From contig OZ024752.1 in assembly GCA_964016885.1 (NCBI GenBank), positions 20,398,001 to 20,462,000 on the forward strand: a DNA stretch of 64,000 nucleotides, in the 5' to 3' direction. The notes below the pieces were generated by a model. The model made no database searches, was not told the DNA's origin, and was given only the letters and a program-made list of their open reading frames with translations. Shown one piece after another: positions 15,001 to 30,000 of the stretch. Source of the DNA: Eledone cirrhosa (taxonomy: Eukaryota). Every line of letters starts with the position of its first letter. Positions within the stretch are counted from its first letter, which is position 1. The translations under genes and the position numbers were made by a program.

Positions 15001-18000
15001 ACATACATATCTGTATACAGACGTGCAGTAGTATGTATATATATATACATACATGCACACATATATATATGTACGTATGGATTCACCGAACATTTATTAT
15101 AATGCTCGGTGTGTTTGTAAACAAACATCCCGTATTAAGCCGTAGTGTCTAGCAACCACCGTTGCTCGTTTGTTCAACACTGACAAAGGAACGCTGTACT
15201 AGTTTCAAGCTCGTTAGCTACCGTCAGCAACGTATACAGACGTACAGTAGTATGTATATATATATACATACATGCACACATATATATATGCACGTATGGA
15301 TTCACCGAATATTTATTATAATGCTCGGTGTGTTTGTAAACAAACATCCCGTATTAAGCCGTAGTGTTTAGCAACCACCGTTGCTCGTTTGTTCAACACT
15401 GACAAAGGAACGCTGTACTAGTTTCAAGCTTGTTAGCTATCGTCAGCAACGTATACCTTCCTGCCAGATTGTTGAACGTATATACTTACCTTATGCATAT
15501 TAACGGCTGAGAAGCCCAATTTGCATATCGAGTGGGTTAATCGGCCGGGTGCACCGAAAACGATAAAAGGAAAAAATGAAGCGATATTTCATTTCCCACT
15601 CTTAGTACGGCTGTTACTTAAATATAAGTATGTACACGTACATACATATATGTATACCGACGTACAGTAGTATGTATATATATATATATACATACATGCA
15701 CACATATATATATGCACGTATGGATTCACCGAATATTTATTATAATGCTCGAGTGGGTTAATCGGCCGGGTGCACCGAAAACGATAAACGGAAAAAATGA
15801 AACGAAATTTCATTTGCCACTCTTGGTACGGCTGTTACTTAAATACAGGTATGTACACGCACATACATATATGTATACAGACGTACAGTAGTATGTATAT
15901 ATATATACATACATGCACATATATATATATGTACGTATGGATTCACCGAACATTTATTAGAATGCTCGGTGCGTTTGTAAACAAACATCCCGTATTAAGC
16001 CGTAGTGTCTAGCAACCATCGTTGCTCGTTTGTTCAACACTGACAAAGGAACGCTGTACTAGTTTCAAGCTTATTAGCTATCGTCAGCAACGTATGCCTT
16101 CCTGCCAGATTGTTCAACATATATACTTACCTTATGCATATTAACGGCTGAGCAGCCCAATTTGCATATCGAGTGGGTTAATCGGCCGGGTGCACAGAAA
16201 ACGATAAACGGAAAAAATGAAACGAAATTTCATTTCCCACTCTTGGTACGGCTGTTACTTAAATACAAGTATGTACACGCACATACAGATATGTATAGAG
16301 ACGTACTGTAGTATGTATATATATATACATATATGCACACATATATATATGTACGTATGGATCCACCGAACATTTATTATAATGCTCGGTGTGTTTGTAA
16401 ACAAGCATCCCGTATTAAGCCGTAGTGTCTAGGAACCATCGTTGCTCGTTTGTTCAACACTGACAAAGGAACGCTGTACTAGTTGCAAGCTTATTAGCTA
16501 TCTTCAGCAACGTATACCTTCCTGCCAGATTGTTGAACATATATACTTACCTTATGCATATTAACGGCTGAGCAGCCCAATTTGTATATCGAGTGGGTTA
16601 ATCGGCCGGGTGCACCGAAAACGATAAAGGGAAAAAATGAAACGAAATTTCATTTCCCACTCTTGGTACGGCTGTTACTTAAATACAAGTATGTACACGC
16701 ACATACATAAATGTATACAGACGTACAGTAGTATGTATATATATATACATACATGCACACATATATATATGTACGTATGGATTCACCGAACATTTATTAT
16801 AATGCTCGGTGTGTTTGTAAACAAACATCCCGTATTAAGCCGTAGTGTCTAGCAACCACCGTTGCTCGTTTGTTCAACACTGACAAAGGAACGCTGTACT
16901 AGTTTCAAGCTTGTTAGCTATCGTCCGCAACGTATACCTTCCTGCCAGATTGTTGAACGTATATACTTACCTTATGCATATTAACGGCTGAGTAGCCCAA
17001 TTTGCATATCGAGTGGGTTAATCGGCCGGGTGCACCGAAAACGATAAACGAAAAATATGAAACGATATTTCATTTCCCACTCTTATTACGGCTGTTACTT
17101 AAATATAAGTATGTACACGTACATACTTATATGTATACCGACGTACAGAAGTATGTATATATATATATACATACATGCACACATATATATATGCACGTGT
17201 GGATTCACCGAATATTTATTATAATGCTCGAGTGGGTTAATCGGCCGGGTGCACCGAAAACGATAAACGGAAAAAATGAAACGATATTTCATTTCCCACT
17301 GTTAGTACGGCTGTTACTTAAATATAAGTATGTACACGTACATACATATATGTATACCGACGTACAGTAGTATGTATATATATTTATACATACATGCACA
17401 CATATATATATATATGCACGTATGGATTCACCGAATATTTATTATAATGCTCGGTGTGTTTGTAAACAAACATCCCGTATTAAGCCGTAGTGTCTAGCAA
17501 CCACCGTTGCTCGTTTGTTCAACACTGACAAAGGAACGCTGTACTAGTTTCAAGCTCGTTAGCTACCGTCAGCAACGTATACAGACGTACAGTAGTATGT
17601 ATATATATATACATACATGCACACATATATATATGCACGTATGGATTCACCGAATATTTATTATAATGCTCGGTGTGTTTGTAAACAAACATCCCGTATT
17701 AAGCCGTAGTGTTTAGCAACCACCGTTGCTCGTTTGTTCAACACTGACAAAGGAACGCTGTACTAGTTTCAAGCTTGTTAGCTATCGTCAGCAACGTATA
17801 CCTTGCTGCCAGATTGTTGAACGTATATACTTACCTTATGCATATTAACGGCTGAGAAGCCCAATTTGCATATCGAGTGGGTTAATCGGCCGGGTGCACC
17901 GAAAACGATAAAAGGAAAAAATGAAGCGATATTTCATTTCCCACTCTTAGTACGGCTGTTACTTAAATATAAGTATGTACACGTACATACATATATGTAT

Positions 18001-21000
18001 ACCGACGTACAGTAGTATGTATATATATATATATACATACATGCACACATATATATATGCACGTATGGATTCACCGAATATTTATTATAATGCTCGAGTG
18101 GGTTAATCGGCCGGGTGCACCGAAAACGATAAACGGAAAAAATGAAACGAAATTTCATTTGCCACTCTTGGTACGGCTGTTACTTAAATACAAGTATGTA
18201 CACGCACATACATATATGTATACAGACGTACAGTAGTATGTATATATATATACATACATGCACATATATATATATGTACGTATGGATTCACCGAACATTT
18301 ATTAGAATGCTCGGTGCGTTTGTAAACAAACATCCCGTATTAAGCCGTAGTGTCTAGCAACCATCGTTGCTCGTTTGTTCAACACTGACAAAGGAACGCT
18401 GTACTAGTTTCAAGCTTATTAGCTATCGTCAGCAACGTATGCCTTCCTGCCAGATTGTTCAACATATATACTTACCTTATGCATATTAACGGCTGAGCAG
18501 CCCAATTTGCATATCGAGTGGGTTAATCGGCCGGGTGCACAGAAAACGATAAACGGAAAAAATGAAACGAAATTTCATTTCCCACTCTTCGTACGGCTGT
18601 TACTTAAATACAAGTATGTACACGCACATACATATCTGTATACAGACGTGCAGTAGTATGTATATATATATACATACATGCACACATATATATATGTACG
18701 TATGGATTCACCGAACATTTATTATAATGCTCGGTGTGTTTGTAAACAAACATCCCGTATTAAGCCGTAGTGTCTAGCAACCACCGTTGCTCGTTTGTTC
18801 AACACTGACAAAGGAACGCTGTACTAGTTTCAAGCTCGTTAGCTACCGTCAGCAACGTATACAGACGTACAGTAGTATGTATATATATATACATACATGC
18901 ACACATATATATATGCACGTATGGATTCACCGAATATTTATTATAATGCTCGGTGTGTTTGTAAACAAACATCCCGTATTAAGCCGTAGTGTTTAGCAAC
19001 CACCGTTGCTCGTTTGTTCAACACTGACAAAGGAACGCTGTACTAGTTTCAAGCTTGTTAGCTATCGTCAGCAACGTATACCTTCCTGCCAGATTGTTGA
19101 ACGTATATACTTACCTTATGCATATTAACGGCTGAGAAGCCCAATTTGCATATCGAGTGGGTTAATCGGCCGGGTGCACCGAAAACGATAAAAGGAAAAA
19201 ATGAAGCGATATTTCATTTCCCACTCTTAGTACGGCTGTTACTTAAATATAAGTATGTACACGTACATACATATATGTATACCGACGTACAGTAGTATGT
19301 ATATATATATATATACATACATGCACACATATATATATGCACGTATGGATTCACCGAATATTTATTATAATGCTCGAGTGGGTTAATCGGCCGGGTGCAC
19401 CGAAAACGATAAACGGAAAAAATGAAACGAAATTTCATTTGCCACTCTTGGTACGGCTGTTACTTAAATACAGGTATGTACACGCACATACATATATGTA
19501 TACAGACGTACAGTAGTATGTATATATATATACATACATGCACATATATATATATGTACGTATGGATTCACCGAACATTTATTAGAATGCTCGGTGCGTT
19601 TGTAAACAAACATCCCGTATTAAGCCGTAGTGTCTAGCAACCATCGTTGCTCGTTTGTTCAACACTGACAAAGGAACGCTGTACTAGTTTCAAGCTTATT
19701 AGCTATCGTCAGCAACGTATGCCTTCCTGCCAGATTGTTCAACATATATACTTACCTTATGCATATTAACGGCTGAGCAGCCCAATTTGCATATCGAGTG
19801 GGTTAATCGGCCGGGTGCACAGAAAACGATAAACGGAAAAAATGAAACGAAATTTCATTTCCCACTCTTGGTACGGCTGTTACTTAAATACAAGTATGTA
19901 CACGCACATACAGATATGTATAGAGACGTACTGTAGTATGTATATATATATACATATATGCACACATATATATATGTACGTATGGATCCACCGAACATTT
20001 ATTATAATGCTCGGTGTGTTTGTAAACAAGCATCCCGTATTAAGCCGTAGTGTCTAGGAACCATCGTTGCTCGTTTGTTCAACACTGACAAAGGAACGCT
20101 GTACTAGTTGCAAGCTTATTAGCTATCTTCAGCAACGTATACCTTCCTGCCAGATTGTTGAACATATATACTTACCTTATGCATATTAACGGCTGAGCAG
20201 CCCAATTTGTATATCGAGTGGGTTAATCGGCCGGGTGCACCGAAAACGATAAAGGGAAAAAATGAAACGAAATTTCATTTCCCACTCTTGGTACGGCTGT
20301 TACTTAAATACAAGTATGTACACGCACATACATAAATGTATACAGACGTACAGTAGTATGTATATATATATACATACATGCACACATATATATATGTACG
20401 TATGGATTCACCGAACATTTATTATAATGCTCGGTGTGTTTGTAAACAAACATCCCGTATTAAGCCGTAGTGTCTAGCAACCACCGTTGCTCGTTTGTTC
20501 AACACTGACAAAGGAACGCTGTACTAGTTTCAAGCTTGTTAGCTATCGTCCGCAACGTATACCTTCCTGCCAGATTGTTGAACGTATATACTTACCTTAT
20601 GCATATTAACGGCTGAGTAGCCCAATTTGCATATCGAGTGGGTTAATCGGCCGGGTGCACCGAAAACGATAAACGAAAAATATGAAACGATATTTCATTT
20701 CCCACTCTTATTACGGCTGTTACTTAAATATAAGTATGTACACGTACATACTTATATGTATACCGACGTACAGAAGTATGTATATATATATATACATACA
20801 TGCACACATATATATATGCACGTGTGGATTCACCGAATATTTATTATAATGCTCGAGTGGGTTAATCGGCCGGGTGCACCGAAAACGATAAACGGAAAAA
20901 ATGAAACGATATTTCATTTCCCACTGTTAGTACGGCTGTTACTTAAATATAAGTATGTACACGTACATACATATATGTATACCGACGTACAGTAGTATGT

Positions 21001-24000
21001 ATATATATTTATACATACATGCACACATATATATATATATGCACGTATGGATTCACCGAATATTTATTATAATGCTCGGTGTGTTTGTAAACAAACATCC
21101 CGTATTAAGCCGTAGTGTCTAGCAACCACCGTTGCTCGTTTGTTCAACACTGACAAAGGAACGCTGTACTAGTTTCAAGCTTGTTAGCTATCGTCAGCAA
21201 CGTATACCTTCCTGCCAGATTGTTGAACGTATATACTTACCTTATGCATATTAACGGCTGAGTAGCTCAATTTGCATATCGAGTGGGTTAATCGGCCGGG
21301 TGCACCGAAAACGATAAACGGAAAAAATGAACCGATATTTCATTTCCCACTCTTAGTACGGCTGTTACTTAAATATAAGTATGTACACGTACATACATAT
21401 ATGTATACCGACGTACAGTAGTATGTATATATATATATACATACATGCACACATATATATATGCACGTATGGATTCACCGAATATTTATTATAATGCTCG
21501 GTGTGTTTGTAAACAAACATCCTGTATTAAGCCGTAGTGTCTAGCAACCACCGTTGCTCGTTTGTTCAACGCTGACAAAGGAACGCTGTACTAGTTTCAA
21601 GCTTGTTAGCTATCGTCAGCAACGTATACCTTCCTGCCAGATTGTTGAACGTATATACTTACCTTATGCATATTAACGGCTGAGTAGCCCAATTTGCATA
21701 TCGACTGGGTTAATCGGCCGGGTGCACCGAAAACGATAAACGGAAAAAATGAACCGATATTTCATTTCCCACTCTTAGTACGGCTGTTACTTAAATATAA
21801 GTATGTACACGTACATACATATATGTATACCGACGTACAGAAGTATGTATATATATATATACATACATGCACACATATATATATGCACGTATGGATTCAC
21901 CGAATATTTATTATAATGCTAGGTGTGTTTGTAACCAAACATCCCGTATTAACCCGTAGTGTCTAGCAACCACCGTTGCTCGTTTGTTCAACACTGACAA
22001 AGGAACGCTGTACTAGTTTAAAGCTTGTTAGCTATCGTCAGCAACGTATACCTTCCTGGCAGATTGTTGAACGTATATACTTACCTTATGCATATTAACG
22101 GCTGAGTAGCACAATTTGCATATCGAGTGGGTTAATCGGCCGGGTGCACCGAAAACGATAAACGGAAAAAATGAAACGATATTTCATTTCCCACTCTTAG
22201 TACGGCTGTTACTTAAATATAAGTATGTACACGTACATACATATATGTATACCGACGTACAGTAGTATGTACATATATATATATACATACATGCACACAT
22301 ATATATATATATGCACGTATGGATTCATCGAATATTTATTATAATGCTCGGTGTGTTTGTAAACAAACATCCCGTATTAAGCCGTAGTGTCTAGCAACCA
22401 CCGTTGCTCGTTTGTTCAACACTGACAAAGGAACGCTGTACTAGTTTCAAGCTTGTTAGCTATCGTCAGCAACGTATACCTTCCTGCCAGATTGTTGAAC
22501 GTACATACTTACCGTATGCATATTAACGGCTGAGTAGCCCAATTTGAATATCGAGTGGGTTAATCGGCCGGGTGCACCGAAAACGATAAACGGAAAGAAT
22601 GAAACGATATTTCATTTCCCACTCTTATTACTGCTGTTACTTAAATATAAGTATGTACACGTACATACATATATATATACCGACGTAAAGTAGTATGTAT
22701 ATATATATATATACATACATGCACACATATATATATATGCACGTATGGATTCACCGAATATTTATTATAATGCTCTGTGTGTTTGTAAACAAACATCCCG
22801 TATTAAGCCGTAGTGTCTAGCAACCACCGTTGCTCGTTTGTTCAACACTGACAAAGGAACGCTGTACTAGTTTCAAGCTTGTTAGCTATCGTCAGCAACG
22901 TATACCTTCCTACCAGATTGTTGAACGTATATACTTACCTTATGCATATTAACGGCTGAGTAGCCCAATTTGCATATCGAGTGGGTTAATCGGCCGGGTG
23001 CACCGAAAACGATAAAAGGAAAAAATGAAACGATATTTCATTTCCCACTCTTAGTACGGCTGTTACTTAAATATAAGTATGTACACGTACATACATATAT
23101 GTATACCGACGTACAGTAGTATGTATATATATATATATACATACATGCACACATATATATATGTACGTATGGATTCACCGAATATTTATTATAATGCTCG
23201 AGTGGGTTAATCGGCCGGGTGCACCGAAAACGATAAACGGAAAAAATGAACCGATATTTCATTTCCCACTCTTAGTACGGCTATTACTTAAATATAAGTA
23301 TGTACACGTACATGCATATATGTATACCGACGTACAGTAGTATGTATATATATATATATACATACATGCACACATGTATATATGCACGTATGGATTCACC
23401 GAATATTTATTATAATGCTCGGTGTGTTTGTAAACAAACATCCCGTATTAAGCCGTAGTGTCTAGCAACCACCGTTGCTCGTTTGTTCAACGCTGACAAA
23501 GGAACGCTGTACTAGTTTCAAGCTTGTTAGCTATCGTCAGCAACGTATACCTTGCTGCCAGATTGTTGAACGTATATACTTACCGTATGCATATTAACGG
23601 CTGAGTAACCCAATTTACATATCGAGTGGGTTAATCGGCCGGGTGCACCGAAAACGATAAACGGAAAAAATGAAACGATATTTCATTTCCCACTCTTAGT
23701 ACGGCTGTTACTTAAATATAAGTATGTACACGTACATACATATATGTATACCGACGTACAGTAGTATGTACATATATATATATACATACATGCACACATA
23801 TATATATATGCACGTATGGATTCACCGAATATTTATTATAATGCTCGGTGTGTTTGTAAACAAACATCCCGTATTAAGCCGTAGTGTCTAGCAACCACCG
23901 TTGCTCGTTTGTTCAACACTGACAAAGGAACGCTGTACTAGTTTCAAGCTTGTTAGCTATCGTCAGCAACGTATACCTTCCTGCCAGATTGTTGAAAGTA

Positions 24001-27000
24001 TATACTTACCTTATGCATATTAACGGCTGAGTAGCCCAATTTGCATATCGAGTGGGTTAATCGGCCGGGTGCACCGAAAACGATAAACGGAAAAAATGAA
24101 CCGATATTTCATTTCCCACTCTTAGTACGGCTGTTACTTAAATATAAGTATGTACACGTACATACATATATGTATACCGACGTGCAATAGTATGTATATA
24201 TATATATACATACATGCACACATATATATATGCACGTATGGATTCACCGAATATTTATTATAATGCTCGGTGTGTTTGTAAACAAACATCCCGTATTAAG
24301 CCGTAGTGTCTAGCAACCACCGTTGCTCGTTTGTTCAACACTGACAAAGGAACGCTGTACTAGTTTCAAGCTTGTTAGCTATCGTCAGCAACGTATACCT
24401 TCCTACCAGATTGTTGAACGTATATACTTACCTTATGCATATTAACGGCTGAGTAGCCCAATTTGCATATCGCGTGGGTTAATCGGCCGGGTGCACCGAA
24501 AACGATAAACGAAAAAAATGAAACGATATTTCATTTCCCACTCTTATTACGGCTGTTACTTAAATATAAGTATGTACACGTACATACATATATGTATACC
24601 GACGTACAGTAGTATGTATATATATATATACATACATGCACACATATATATATGCACGTATGGATTCACCGAATATTTATTATAATGCTCGAGTGGGTTA
24701 ATCGGCCGGGTGCACCGAAAACGATAAACGGAAAAATGAAACGATATTTCATTTCCCACTCTTAGTACGGCTGTTACTTAAATATAAGTATGTACACGTA
24801 CATACATATATGTATACCGACGTACAGTAGTATGTATATATATATATACATACATGCACACATATATATATGCACGTATGGATTCACCGAATTTTTATTA
24901 TAATGCTCGGTGTGTTTGTAAACAAACATCCCGTATAAAGCCGTAGTGTCTAGCAACCACCGTTGCTCGTTTGTTCAACACTGACAAAGGAACGCTGTAC
25001 TAGTTTCAAGCTTGTTAGCTATCGTCAGCAACGTATACCTTCCTGCCAGATTGTTGAACGTATATACTTACCTTTTACATATTAACGGCTGAGTAGCCCA
25101 ATTTGCATATCGAGTGGGTTAATCGGCCGGGTGCACCGAAAACGATAAACGGAAAAAATGAACCGATATTTCATTTCCCACTCTTAGTACGGCTGTTACT
25201 TAAATATAAGTATGTACACGTACATGCATATATGTATACCGACGTACAGTAGTATGTATATATATATATATACATACATGCACACATGTATATATGCACG
25301 TATGGATTCACCGAATATTTATTATAATGCTCGGTGTGTTTGTAAACAAACATCCCGTATTAAGCCGTAGTGTCTAGCAACCACCGTTGCTCGTTTGTTC
25401 AACACTGACAAAGGAACGCTGTACTAGTTTCAAGCTTGTTAGCTATCGTCAGCAACGTATACCTTCCTGCCAGATTGTTGAACGTATATACTTACCTTAT
25501 GCATATTAACTGCTGAGCAGCCCAATTTGCATATCGAGTGGGTTAATCGGCCGGGTGCACCGAAAACGATAAACGGAAAAAATGAAACGAAATTTCATTT
25601 CCCACTCTTGGTACGGCTGTTACTTAAATACAAGTATGTACACGCACATACATATATGTATACAGACGTACAGTAGTATGTATATATATATACATACATG
25701 CACACATATATATATATGTACGTATGGATTCACCGAACATTTATTATAATGCTCGGTGTGTTTGTAAACAAACATCCCGTATTAAGCCGTAGTGTCTAGC
25801 AACCACCGTTGCTCGTATGTTCAACACTGACAAAGGAACGCTGTACTAGTTTCAAGATTGTTAGCTATCGTCAGCAACGTATACCTTCCTGCCAGATTGT
25901 TGAACGTATATACTTACCTTATGCATATTAACAGCTGAGTAGCCCAATTTGCATATCAAGTGGGTTAATCGGCCGGGTGCACCGAAAACGATAAACGGAA
26001 AAAATGAAACGATATTTCATTTCCCACTCTTAGTACGGCTGTTACTTAAATATAAGTATGTACACGTACATACATATATGTATACCGACGTACAATAGTA
26101 TGTATATATACACATACATGCACACATATATATATGCACGTATGGATTCACCGAATATTTATTATAATGCTCGGTGTGTTTGTAAACAAACATCCCGTAT
26201 TAAGCCGTAGTGTCTAGCAACCACCGTTGCTCGTTTGTTCAACACTGACAAAGGAACGCTGTACTAGTTTCAAGCTTGTTAGCTATCGTCAGCAACGTAT
26301 ACCTTCCTGGCAGATTGTTGAACGTATATACTTACCTTATGCATATTAACGGCTGAGTAGCCAATTTGCATATAGAGTGGGTTAATCGGCCGGGTGCACC
26401 GAAAACGATAAAAGGAAAAAATAAAACGATATTTAATTTCCCACTCTTAGTACGGCTGTTACTTAAATATAAGTATGTAAACGTACATACATATATGTAT
26501 ACCGACGTACAGTAGTATGTATATATATATATATACATACATGCACACATATATATATGCACGTATGGATTCACCGAATATTTATTATAATGCTCGAGTG
26601 GGTTAATCGGCCGGGTGCACCGAATACGAAAAACGGAAAAAATGAAACGAAATTTAATTTCCCACTCTTGGTACGGCTGTTACTTAAATACAAGTATGTA
26701 CACGCACATACATATATGTATACAGACGTACAGTAGTATGTATATATATATACATACATGCACACATATATATATGTACGTATGGATTCACCGAACATTT
26801 ATTATAATGCTCGGTGTGTTTGTAAACAAACATCCCGTATTAAGCCGTAGTGTCTAGCAACCACCGTTGCACGTTTGTTCAACACTGACAAAGGAACGCT
26901 GTACTAGTTTCAAGCTTGTTAGCTATCGTCAGCAACGTATACCTTTCTGCCAGATTGTTGAACGTATATACTTACCTTATGCATATTAATGGCTGAGTAG

Positions 27001-30000
27001 CCCAATTTGCATATCGAGTGGGTTAATCGGCCGGGTGCACCGAAAACCATAAACGGAAAAAATGAAACGATATTTCATTTCCCACTGTTAGTACGGCTGT
27101 TACTTAAATATAAGTATGTACACGTACATACATATATGTATACCGACGTACAGTAGTATGTATATATATATATACATACATGCACACATATATATATGCA
27201 CGTATGGATTCACCGAATATTTATTATAATGCTCGGTGTGTTTGTAAACAAACATCCCGTATTAAGCCGTAGTGTCTAGCAACCACCGTTGCTCGTTTGT
27301 TCAACACTGACAAAGGAACGCTGTACTAGTTTCAGGATTGTTAGCTATCGTCAGCAACGTATACCTTCCTGCCAGATTGTTGAACGTATATACTTACCTT
27401 CTGCATATTAACGGCTGAGTAGCCCAATTTGCATATCGAGTGGGTTAATCAGCCGGGTGCACCGAAAACGATAAACGGAAAAAATGAAACGATATTTCAT
27501 TTCCCACTCTTAGTACGGCTGTTACTTAAATATAAGTATGTACACGTACATACATATATGTATACCGACGTACAGTAGTATGTATATATATATATATATA
27601 CATACATGCACACATATATATATATATGCAGGTATGGATTCACCGAATATTTATTATAATGCTCGGTGTGTTTATAAACAAACATCCCGTATTAAGCCGT
27701 AGTGTCTAGCAACCACCGTTGCTCGTTTGTTCAACACTGACAAAGGAACGCTGTACTAGTTTCAAGCTTGTTAGCTATCCTCAGCAACGTATACCTTCCT
27801 GCCAGATTGTTGAACGTATATACTTACCTTATGCATATTAACGGCTGAGTAGCCCAATTTGCATATCGAGTGGGTTAATCGCCCGGGTACACCGAAAACG
27901 ATAAAAGGAAAAAATGAAACGATATTTCATTTCCCACTCTTAGTACGGCTGTTACTTAAATATAAGAATGTACACGTACATACATATATGTATACCGACG
28001 TACAGTAGTATGTATATATATATATATATATACATACATGCACACATATATATATGCACGTATGGATTCACCGAATATTTATTATAATGCTCGAGTGGGT
28101 CAATCGGCCGGGTGCACCGAAAACGATAAAAGGAAAAAATGAAACGATATTTCATTTCCCACTCTTAGTACGGCTGTTACTTAAATATAAGAATGTACAC
28201 GTACATACATATATGTATACCGACGTACAGTAGTATGTATATATATATATATATATACATACATGCACACATGTATATATGCACGTATGGATTCACCGAA
28301 TATTTATTATAATGCTCGGTGTGTTTGTAAACAAACATCCCGTATTAAGCCGTAGTGTCTAGCAACCACCGTTGCTCGTTTGTTCAACGCTGACAAAGGA
28401 ACGCTGTACTAGTTTCAAGCTTGTTAGCTATCGTCAGCAACGTATACCTTGCTGCCAGATTGTTGAACGTATATACTTACCGTATGCATATTAACGGCTG
28501 AGTAACCCAATTTACATATCGAGTGGGTTAATCGGCCGGGTGCACCGAAAACGATAAACGGAAAAAATGAAACGATATTTCATTTCCCACTCTTAGTACG
28601 GCTGTTACTTAAATATAAGTATGTACACGTACATACATATATGTATACCGACGTACAGTAGTATGTACATATATATATATACATACATGCACACATATAT
28701 ATATGCACGTATGGATTCACCGAATATTTATTATAATGCTCGGTGTGTTTGTAAACAAACATCCTGCATTAAGCCGTAGTGTCTAGCAACCACCGTTGCT
28801 CGTTTGTTCAACGCTGACAAAGGAACGCTGTACTAGTTTCAAGCTTGTTAGCTATCGTCAGCAACGTATACCTTCCTGCCAGATTGTTGAACGTATATAC
28901 TTACCTTATGCATATTAACGGCTGAGTAGCCCAATTTGCATATCGAGTGGGTTAATCGGCCGGGTGCACCGAAAACGATAAACGGAAAAAATGAAACGAT
29001 ATTTCATTTCCCACTCTTAGTACGGCTGTTACTTAAATATAAGTATGTACACGTACATACATATATGTATACCGACGTACAGTAGTATGTATATATATAT
29101 ATACATACATGCACACATATATATATGCACGTATGGATTCACCGAATATTTATTATAATGCTCGGTGTGTTTGTAAACAAACATCCCGTATTAAGCCGTA
29201 GTGTCTAGCAACCACCGTTGCTCGTTTGTTCAACACTGACAAAGGAACGCTGTACTAGTTTCAGGATTGTTAGCTATCGTCAGCAACGTATACCTTCCTG
29301 CCAGATTGTTGAACGTATATACTTACCTTCTGCATATTAACGGCTGAGTAGCCCAATTTGCATATCGAGTGGGTTAATCGGCCGGGTACACCGAAAACGA
29401 TAAAAGGAAAAAATGAAACGATATTTCATTTCCCACTCTTAGTACGGCTGTTACTTAAATATAAGAATGTACACGTACATACATATATGTATACCGACGT
29501 ACAGTAGTATGTATATATATATATATATATACATACATGCACACATATATATATGCACGTATGGATTCACCGAATATTTATTATAATGCTCGAGTGGGTT
29601 AATCGGCCGGGTGCACCGAAAACGATAAACGGAAAAAATGAAACGAAATTTCATATCCCACTCTTGGTACGGCTGTTACTTAAATATAAGTATGTACACG
29701 TACATACATATATGTATACCGACGTACAGTAGTATGTATATATATATATATACATACATGCACACATATAGATATGCACGTATGGATTCACCGAATTTTT
29801 TATTATAATGCTCGGTGTGTTTGTAAACAAACATCCCGTATTAAGCCGTAGTGTCTAGCAACCACCGTTGCTCGTTTGTTCAACACTGACAAAGGAACGC
29901 TGTCCTAGTTTTAAGCTTGTTAGCTATCGACAGCAACGTATACCTTCCTGCCAGATTGTTGCACGTATATACTTACCTTTTGCATATTAACGGCTGAGTA